This document shows, piece after piece, positions 56,586-64,000 of a stretch of DNA of 64,000 bases; the stretch's first letter is position 1; the number at the start of each line of letters is the position of its first letter. A program made the translations under genes and the position numbers. Under the pieces are notes generated by a model. It was not told the origin of the DNA and searched no databases. It saw only the letters and a program-made list of their open reading frames with translations. This stretch comes from Macrostomum lignano. Taxonomy: Eukaryota. The stretch covers positions 186,001-250,000 of the forward strand of contig NIVC01001199.1 of NCBI GenBank assembly GCA_002269645.1, in the 5' to 3' direction.

Positions 56586-56936
56586 CAGCCATGGGTGCCA
56601 TTAACCTGCATGCACCCTCAGCAGCCATGGGTGCCATTAACCTGCATGCACCCTCAGCAGCCATGGGTGCCATTAACCTGCATGCACCCTCAGCAGCCAT
56701 GGGTGCCACTAACCTGCATGCACCCTCAGCAGCCATGGGTGCCATTAACCTGCATGCACCCTCAGCAGCCATGGGTGCCATTAACCTGCATGCACCCTCA
56801 GCAGCCATGGGTGCCACTAACCTGCATGCACCCTCAGCAGCCATGGGTGCCACTAACCTGCATGCACCCTCAGCAGCCATGGGTGCCATTAACCTGCATG
56901 CACCCTCAGCAGCCATGGGTGCCATTAACCTGCATG
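56586..56936. repeat. 36-bp minisatellite (CAGCCATGGGTGCCATTAACCTGCATGCACCCTCAG)
   Basis: Directly visible, ~10 units. Confidence 0.96.
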
Positions 56937-57324
56937 TATTCTCCCCCGGCAGCAGTCCTAAGGCTCTGCGTTTGAACACTCAAAGTGCATGCATGTAATG
57001 GATCGACTCAGCTGAAAAAGTGCAAGCATTTGTTATATTTAGCATTGCCAAAGGCATTAAATGTTCGTAAAATTGACAAGAGTTAACAAGCATTTACGAG
57101 TTAAATTACATAATCGTAAAACTTCTTTTCTACTTTCAAAATAAAGGAAAAGGCCATGAAGCTCTAAAACAAAAAACAAAAGATAAAGACATGATGTATC
57201 ACAATAGAAGCAGCAAAGAGACCCAGCTATGTCAGAAGGACTACGAAATGAAGACTTACTACTGATATACGATTGTAAATGTATGAATCCGATTGCTTCA
57301 GAAAGTTTTTGTTTGTGTTGGTTA

Positions 57325-57702
57325 CTTGACCCAGCTTCTGACCAGCTTGACCGACTCAGCTCCTGACCAGCTTGACCCACTCAGCTCCTGACCAGCTTGA
57401 ACCACTCACACCTGACCAGCTTGACCCACTCAGCTCCTGACCAGCTTGAACCACTCACACCTGACCAGCTTGACCCACTCAGCTCCTGACCAGCTTGAAC
57501 CACTCAGCTCCTGACCAGCTTGAACCACTCAGTCCCTGACCAGCTTGACCCACTCAGCTCCTGACCAGCTTGACCCACTCAGAGCCTGACCAGCTTGACC
57601 CACTCAGCCCCTGACCAGCTTGACCCACTCAGCTCCTGACCAGCTTGACCCACTTACACCCTGACCAGCTTGACCCACTCACACCCTGACCAGCTTGACC
57701 CA
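57325..57702. repeat. Same 24-25 bp minisatellite, continuous with the lectin-2 C-terminus
   Basis: Homologous to 53440-53938. Confidence 0.93.
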
Positions 57703-58482
57703 GTCCGGGCTGCTCTCGATTTCCGGGTCGACCGGAGCGTCGGCGAACTGCAGCAGGCGGCAGGCGGCCAGCCGGCTGTTGTACAGAGCGCTGCGGCACC
57801 TGCTGCCACACAGGGAGGCTCTGACCAGGCAGGCCTGCAGCGAGGCCACTGGCTGCAGCTCATCGTAGCAGCAGTACGTGTCGCTCCGGGTTCTCGTGAA
57901 CTCAGCCGGAGTCCAGTAGCCAGCCGACTTGGTGGCGGCAGGCGGCTCCACAAACTGGCAGACGAAGCCGAGCAAAATGTGGCAGTACCTGTCGCTCAGT
58001 CTTAGAGAATCGCCCACAGGTAATATCCGAATGCAATCCTCTTTGAAGTTGCCGCTCGGCTCTCCGTGGTACCACAGCGAATCTTCTTTAGGCAGGACGC
58101 CGCCGTCGTTGACCCTCTGCCAGCCAGACAGATTTGTGCCGGCCTCAGCCGCCAGGTCGCTCAGCCCGATCCACCAAGACCCGTTGAAGTTGCCATCAGT
58201 CAGGTTCCAAGATTTCACAAGAGCCAGGGACTCAGGCGAGTTGATGAGCTCTCCGCCCAGCTCAGCGCACCTTCGGTTGGCGGAGCACCAGCTGTAGCTC
58301 TGGTTGGACTCGACAAACAGACACAGCTGGGTGGCGGTGCGCAGGCGCTTGAACGGAGCCGGGCAGGAGACCGTCGTTCGGGACTGCGCTGGGCAGACAG
58401 TCAGCAGCAGCATAGCAGCGGACACGAGCTCAGTGGCTAGGAGCTTCATCACTCTTAGCAGTGCCAGAATTAACAGCAGCAT
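57679..58482 (-). CDS. Secreted C-type lectin + PAN/apple-like protein, paralog 2 (267 aa, or 256 aa from the ATG at 58449)
   Basis: Hydrophobic leader. CTLD: CPAPF, SWCSANRRC, WWIGLSD, EPS, GFVCQF. The C-terminal domain is almost identical to paralog 1. Confidence 0.88.
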   Translation of the reverse strand: MLLLILALLRVMKLLATELVSAAMLLLTVCPAQSRTTVSCPAPFKRLRTATQLCLFVESNQSYSWCSANRRCAELGGELINSPESLALVKSWNLTDGNFNGSWWIGLSDLAAEAGTNLSGWQRVNDGGVLPKEDSLWYHGEPSGNFKEDCIRILPVGDSLRLSDRYCHILLGFVCQFVEPPAATKSAGYWTPAEFTRTRSDTYCCYDELQPVASLQACLVRASLCGSRCRSALYNSRLAACRLLQFADAPVDPEIESSPDWVKLVRV

Positions 58483-58538
58483 GATCGTCTAAGCTAGCAT
58501 CACAGAGCTAAATGCAGAGCAGGTTTGTTGCTGCAGCC

Positions 58539-58552
58539 GTTGCCATGGTTAC
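58539..58552. promoter_or_regulatory. RFX X-box (GTTGCCATGGTTAC) upstream of lectin 2
   Basis: 12/14 match to the X-box palindrome, 57 bp upstream of the first ATG. Confidence 0.55.
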
Positions 58553-59830
58553 AAATGGACTAGTATTTGCTGAGCTGTTCTGGAAGATCAATTTCAGAGT
58601 CGATCTGTGTAAGCAGGATGGATTTACAAAAGTATTGAACCTGTTTACCTTTAATTAACCACGCCATCTAATGCGTCATGCAGCAGGTGTAGCCCTCGGT
58701 CCATGTAAATATCATTTAACAGTGGGCTAAGCCTAAGTAAATAAAAATGTGCGAAAAATGAACCAAGTAAAATGTATAACATTGATCTAGCAGTCAATAA
58801 AACAGGCCTGCAGGTGCATGGCCAAGTAGTTTCTCGTAACTTATCGCCCCTCGATGGATGTTGTTTGAGTCACGTGAATCATTTATTGTGTGAACTAAAG
58901 CGTGCAAACTGCAGGAGACATTAACAGTGCCAGCCAGTGTCAGTATATTACAGTAGATAGACACACCACAACAGTTTTTACTACTTAAAGTAGAAATCCT
59001 TGCGTAATCGTAGTTTCAAGAGTCAGTTAACATTTTGTTAAAATTCTCAACATCTTGAAAACTTCACTTCCTCCATGAAGTCATAAATAAAAAATCAATT
59101 GACTCATTTTTTACAAAGCTTTCAATTGTATGGATTTTCAACTGTGCTTGAATGATTCAAGTAAGGTATTTTTTATTCAATTTATAATTTATACGCAATT
59201 GCTTTGTGTTCTCTTTCTGTCATCAAAAAGAAATTCGACGCTTGCATAAGCAAACTCTGAATAAACTGAAACAAAACATGAAAAAATATACCAAGATTCT
59301 AATATTAATAACTTTTTGCTTTGAATAATAGAGTGGTTTAGTGACAAAGCGAAATGACAAATGACAAGAATACTTTTCATCAATACGTAGATATATATAA
59401 ATGATACATATTTTGACATTCATTAATGCCAACAGGGACTACAGCAGAGACGAAGCTTTAGTGTTCAAAATCTGGATAAAACAGTGCCAATTTAGCTTTA
59501 CTCTGGTTTTTAATGAAAATTTCAAATTTGCCTCGTTTTTACCTACTTAAAGTAGTCATACAGGGCTAAATTGTATGTTGAATATACGAGTTGAATAATT
59601 TAACATTTGCAATCACAACGGGGATAATTAATGTATAAACACAGAAATAAATAAATTAACAAAACTGTACTCAAATATGTAGTTTCTAAATTGGATCCAC
59701 TGGAACTTACAAGCAGCAACGAACGTAATAATATTTGAATAATGGAAATGATGAATTTTTCAAATTGCGTGTTTTTTTGTTAAAATTATCCAGATCGCGT
59801 CATTGACTAAAGGCCAGCACGCCAGCGCTC

Positions 59831-61810
59831 TCACAGTGGCTGTTTCTCTTCATAGGCTGGCGGCGGAGCAGAAGGCGTGGCGGCAGCCTGGTGCGGAGCT
59901 GCTCCCGAGTAATAGGCGCTCTGCGGGGGGGGGCAGGGATTAAGTGCGTCGCCTTGATAATGAAGACAGGACCAGCTGATGAGGACTTGATAATGAAGAC
60001 AGGATCAGCTGATGAGGACTTGATAATGAAGACAGGATCAGCTGATGAGGACTTGATAATGAAGACAGGATCAGCTGATGAGGACTTGATAATGAAGACA
60101 GGATCAGCTGATGAGGACTTGATAATGAAGACAGGACCAGCTGATGAGGACTTGATAATGAAGACAGGATCAGCTGATGAGGACTTGATAATGAAGACAG
60201 GATCAGCTGATGAGGACTTGATAATGAAGACAGGATCAGCTGATGAGGACTTGATAATGAAGACAGGACCAGCTGATGAGGACTTGATAATGAAGACAGG
60301 ATCAGCTGATGAGGACTTGATAATGAAGACACATGACCAGCTGATGAGGACTTGATAATGAAGACACATGACCAGCTGATGAGGACTTGATAATGAAGGC
60401 AGGACAAGGAACAACTCATTAAGAACTAAATTAAAGGTAAAAATGACAACTTGGGACAAAACCAACCTGAACAGGCGGATAGCTCTGCTGCTGCGGCGGA
60501 TACGGCGGCTGCTGCTGCTGCTGCTGCGGACCCGGATATGGCGGCGGCGGAGCGGCTCCAGGATAGGGCGGCGGAGCCGGCGTCATGTACACATAATTAG
60601 GCGGCGGAGGGCCGAAAGCGTCGTGGCATGGCACAAAGCCGTAGTTGGGGCCTTCGGCAGCGTATTGGGCAGGCGGAGGGCAGTACAGCTGGGTGGGATC
60701 GTAGGCCGAGTAAGGCGGCGGAGCCTGCAAAATATAGTGTGAAGTTGCGCCATGGAGCATACTGTATTTAGTTGGCTATTAGACTTTTGGGCTTAAATAG
60801 GACGGAATTGTCACAGGAACCTTCGTTTCCTAGCAACTATTTTGAGTCTATTTATTTGGGAGCAAAAGCCATTTTCGGTATTTTTGGCATTTTTAATGAA
60901 AAGTTCTTTACTCCGTTTTGCGTGTGTGGGGGGTGGAGGGAAGGGGCGTAGCCCAGTGGTCTAGCGCGGCGCTCTGGTGTGCCAGCGGCCCAGACTCGAT
61001 TCCAAGTGCAGTCGCATTAATTTGGGGCTAATTTGGAATCTCGGCTTGGATCTGCTCGTGCAATTAACGCCCTTGAGGGCCAACCCCCAAGGCACAGTGA
61101 AGAGTACGTTCTCAGGGGGAGTCGGTGGAATGGACAGTAATGCCTCTCGCCGGTTATGCGACAAGCCCCCTCAAGGTGCACACAGCCCCCTGCCTCTAAT
61201 AAACAACACTCCGTTGTGTATTTTTCCTAGGAAAAACTAGCTCCTCAAAATGGTTTCTAATAATCAAAAAGTGACCCATCAGACTGTGTGAGGTTGTACC
61301 TGATCAGGGTCAGTCAATCAGCATCTATCAGTCAAAGCTCCCCCCAGTCGGTCTCAATAACCGCTAAGCTGTTCTCACCTGAAAGCCGTGCCTATTAGCA
61401 TTGGCTCGCCGGCCAGCCTCAAGCAGGCACTGGGCGAATTCAATAGCGCCGCCTTTGTTAAAAGTGACGCTGAAATGCGCCATGCCAGTGAAACCGCCGT
61501 CAGGCTCTGGCGTTGCCTTGCCTTCAATCCGGTTGGCGCCGAATATTGGCTGCTTAACCTCCACCTGCTTCATGTTGAGCAGCGGCATTGACATTGAGTG
61601 CACTTGGCCAGACTTGCACAGGCAGATGGTCTGCAAGTTGGATGACATAAGACAATTAATGAGCACTGAACTCAAATTCATCAGCTATGGTGACTGTTAA
61701 TGCGTACCCTGTGCGATGTTAGAAACACGGAGCCTTTGCTAGTAGTCGAAAGCTGAGGCTGATTGTCAAACTTGAGTTGAACTTCGCATCCATCGTAGAA
61801 GATGAGCAGC
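59831..61810 (-). CDS. WBP2: WW domain-binding protein 2 (GRAM/PH-like domain + PPxY-rich tail); first coding exon not located
   Basis: Exons 61708-61810 (LLIFYDG...KGSVFLTSHR), 61379-61630 (KQPIFGANRIEG...F..GGAIEF), 60467-60724 (multiple PPPY) and 59831-59920 (SAYY...PPPAYEEKQPL-stop). All GT-AG and in phase. Confidence 0.92.
59950..60400. repeat. 33-bp minisatellite in the last WBP2 intron (GATGAGGACTTGATAATGAAGACAGGATCAGCT)
   Basis: Directly visible. Confidence 0.95.
60943..61204 (+). mobile_element. tRNA-derived SINE (internally deleted copy) in a WBP2 intron
   Basis: Box A TAGCCCAGTGG (60949-60959), box B GACTCGATTCC (60993-61003), tail CCCTGCCTCTAATAAA. Confidence 0.85.
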
Positions 61811-61971
61811 CTAAAAGTTTATTGCAAGTTTAGCCAATATTTAACATCACATGGAGAATTGATATGGTTAGAGGAAAAGTAGAGATTGTATAATAGCATA
61901 ATTATCTTGGATGGCTACTACAAGTTCTAATATCTAATTTACATTGAAATTTAATTAATTTCTTACACATA

Positions 61972-62232
61972 ACCATTCAGATAGATTCAATGGTTTAATC
62001 TATCATTCAGATAGATTCAATGGTTTAACCTATCATTCAGATAGATTCAATGGTTTAACCTATCATTCAGATAGATTCAATGGTTTAACCTATCATTCAG
62101 ATAGATTCAATGGTTTAACCTATCATTCAGATAGATTCAATGGTTTAACCTATCATTCAGATAGATTCAATGGCTTAACCTATCATTCTGATAGATTCAA
62201 TGGTTTAACCTATCATTCAGATAGATTCAATG
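61972..62232. repeat. 30-bp minisatellite (TCAGATAGATTCAATGGTTTAACCTATCAT)
   Basis: Directly visible. Confidence 0.95.
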
Positions 62233-63194
62233 GTTTAACCCTAAGAATTTTAAAATTCTCGACACAAAAGCTTTGAAACTAGAAATTTACGCATTCATTT
62301 TTTATTACTTTACTTACGATGAAACCAAATGCTCAATCGGTCTTTTAGCTTGTTATTAGGGCTACTTTTACTAGATATAAAGTTTTAGAAATATTGTTTT
62401 TAATGCTTTTTATTTTGTTGACTAAATAAGAAAATATCACAAAAAACATTTTTGAAAGTCTGAATTGACAAATATGCATTTTTTACCTTTTTGAAAAAAA
62501 GAATTAATTTTAAGCCTTATAGGCCTCAAAGAAGGCTAATTTTTATTATTGTCAAAACAGAAAGTATTCTATGTTTTACTTTTTTATTCAAAAAGATGAA
62601 AGATTTGTAAACATTTCTAACTTTTTTGAAAAATGCTTTTTCAATTCTTATAGGAATTAATTTAAATGTGTTATCTAGCATCCAAATTAGGTGCTTTAAA
62701 GAAGCTTATAAAACAATCAAATACCATTATATTATAATTAAATATGTATCATTGTGGCATATATATAGGAAAAAAGAGATATCTCAATTGATGTGGATTG
62801 TGGTAGAAGCTAAGAAAAGTGCAATTTTTAAATCCTTAGACCTTATAAGAATTATTATATCATTTGGCTTCTGAATCAAATGTTTCCTATAGGCTTAGTA
62901 AGTGACAAAAATATTACAGTTAATATATTTATTATTGTTAATAATTAATCAATATTGATTATATAAAAGATACATGGATCTGTGTGGATAAAATTGGAAC
63001 TATTGACACAGCTATAGACTATTGGCCTATAGACTTGAATGATAGCAGCTATTTCAATAAGCTGCCATGGGGATAAGCTGGAAATTATTGACATGGATCC
63101 GTGTGGATAAAATTGGAATTATCAGTATGGGACTATGAATGTAAGGATAAGTACTTCCTATTAGAAAATAATATTTACTTAGTAATTTTGATTG

Positions 63195-63555
63195 GGGGGC
63201 CATAGCCCAGCGGTAGCGCAGCTACTCTGGTGTGCCAGCGACCTAGGCTCAATTCCAAGTGCAGTCACATTAATTTGGGGCTGAATTGGAATCTCGGCTT
63301 GGCTCTCTTGTGCAATTAACGGCCTTGAGAGCCAACCCCCCAAGGCGCAGTGAAGTGTATATGCCTAACGATAATATAAAGTTAGGGCCGCTGTACACTC
63401 CTGTGTGAGTATGTGCCTGCGTATGTATCCGTGCACTTGTATGCCTGCTCAGGGGAGTCAGCGGAATGGGCAGTAATGCCTCTTGCCGGTTGTGTGCCCA
63501 TGTCGCTTAAAGTGCGCCAGGGTGCACACAACCCCCCTGCCTCTAATAAAAAAAA
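63195..63555 (+). mobile_element. tRNA-derived SINE, full-length copy
   Basis: Homologous to the 30689-31019 and 60943-61204 copies; ends CCTCTAATAAAAAAAA. Confidence 0.85.
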
Positions 63556-64000
63556 TTTTGATTGTTGTAATGTTTTTTTAACATTTTACACATTGTTTCT
63601 TTCAAGATAAAACTATATACAGATAATTAATGCTATCATAGATATTTTAAAATTCATTTAACTTAAATCAATTTATTTTATATCTTTATTGCTTTTGAAT
63701 TTGAATCACAAAATTCTTTTTTTGAAAAACTTGCTTTAATTTTTTGGATTTCAATACTTGCTTTTATATTATTTAATTTGATTCAATACTAGGCTTACAG
63801 TTTAGGCCCTATGACAAAAAATAGGAGGGCCTAATGGTTAAAATTGATATATATAGGCCTATATATTAATATCTACCTAATTTAAGACTTAGGTTTCAAA
63901 ATTGATTCTGAAATACATAGGCCTCTTTTTAATTATGGGCTATACATGTATTTGAAAGCTAGAATTATTAGCTCTTGTAAAACAAAGTAAAAATGGCCAT

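Noticed and set aside
60943-61010. tRNA-like A and B boxes (also at 30960-31019, 63200-63260, 25140-25190 and 30620-30665)
   Set aside because: No complete cloverleaf or acceptor stem. They are SINE heads or relics, not tRNA genes.
62307-62360. Strong minus-strand donor (CATC|GTAAGT) as the WBP2 first exon
   Set aside because: The frame that would join in phase 2 has no start codon and no similarity to the WBP2 N-terminus. At most it is a non-coding or alternative exon.

Overview
Eukaryotic (animal) genomic DNA: GC-rich exons in AT-rich, extremely minisatellite-rich intergenic and intronic DNA. The style resembles a free-living flatworm such as Macrostomum, but this is inference. Supported genes: a C2H2 zinc-finger gene (+), Mediator subunit MED11 (+), an 11-exon BCH/CRAL-TRIO + RhoGAP gene of the ARHGAP1/p50RhoGAP type (+), an intronless DEG/ENaC channel (-), a 3-exon PRODH2-like (hydroxy)proline dehydrogenase (+), two paralogous secreted C-type lectin + PAN/apple-like genes (-), and WBP2 (-, first exon not found). 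The first 13 kb is mostly transposon debris: hAT-like MITEs carrying (GAGAG)n, a Harbinger-like MITE, a LINE endonuclease relic and Tc1 relics. A tRNA-derived SINE occurs at least three times. Most long ORFs in the supplied track are tandem-repeat artefacts. The most notable observations are: (1) a lectin pair with a near-identical 3' domain, a divergent sugar-binding domain, an RFX X-box upstream of each copy and a stop codon embedded in a minisatellite; (2) a candidate antisense gene interleaved with the RhoGAP gene; (3) a possible trans-spliced ZnF-MED11-RhoGAP polycistron; (4) motif substitutions in the DEG/ENaC channel and PRODH2. All coordinates and alignments were read by eye; no database searches were run.
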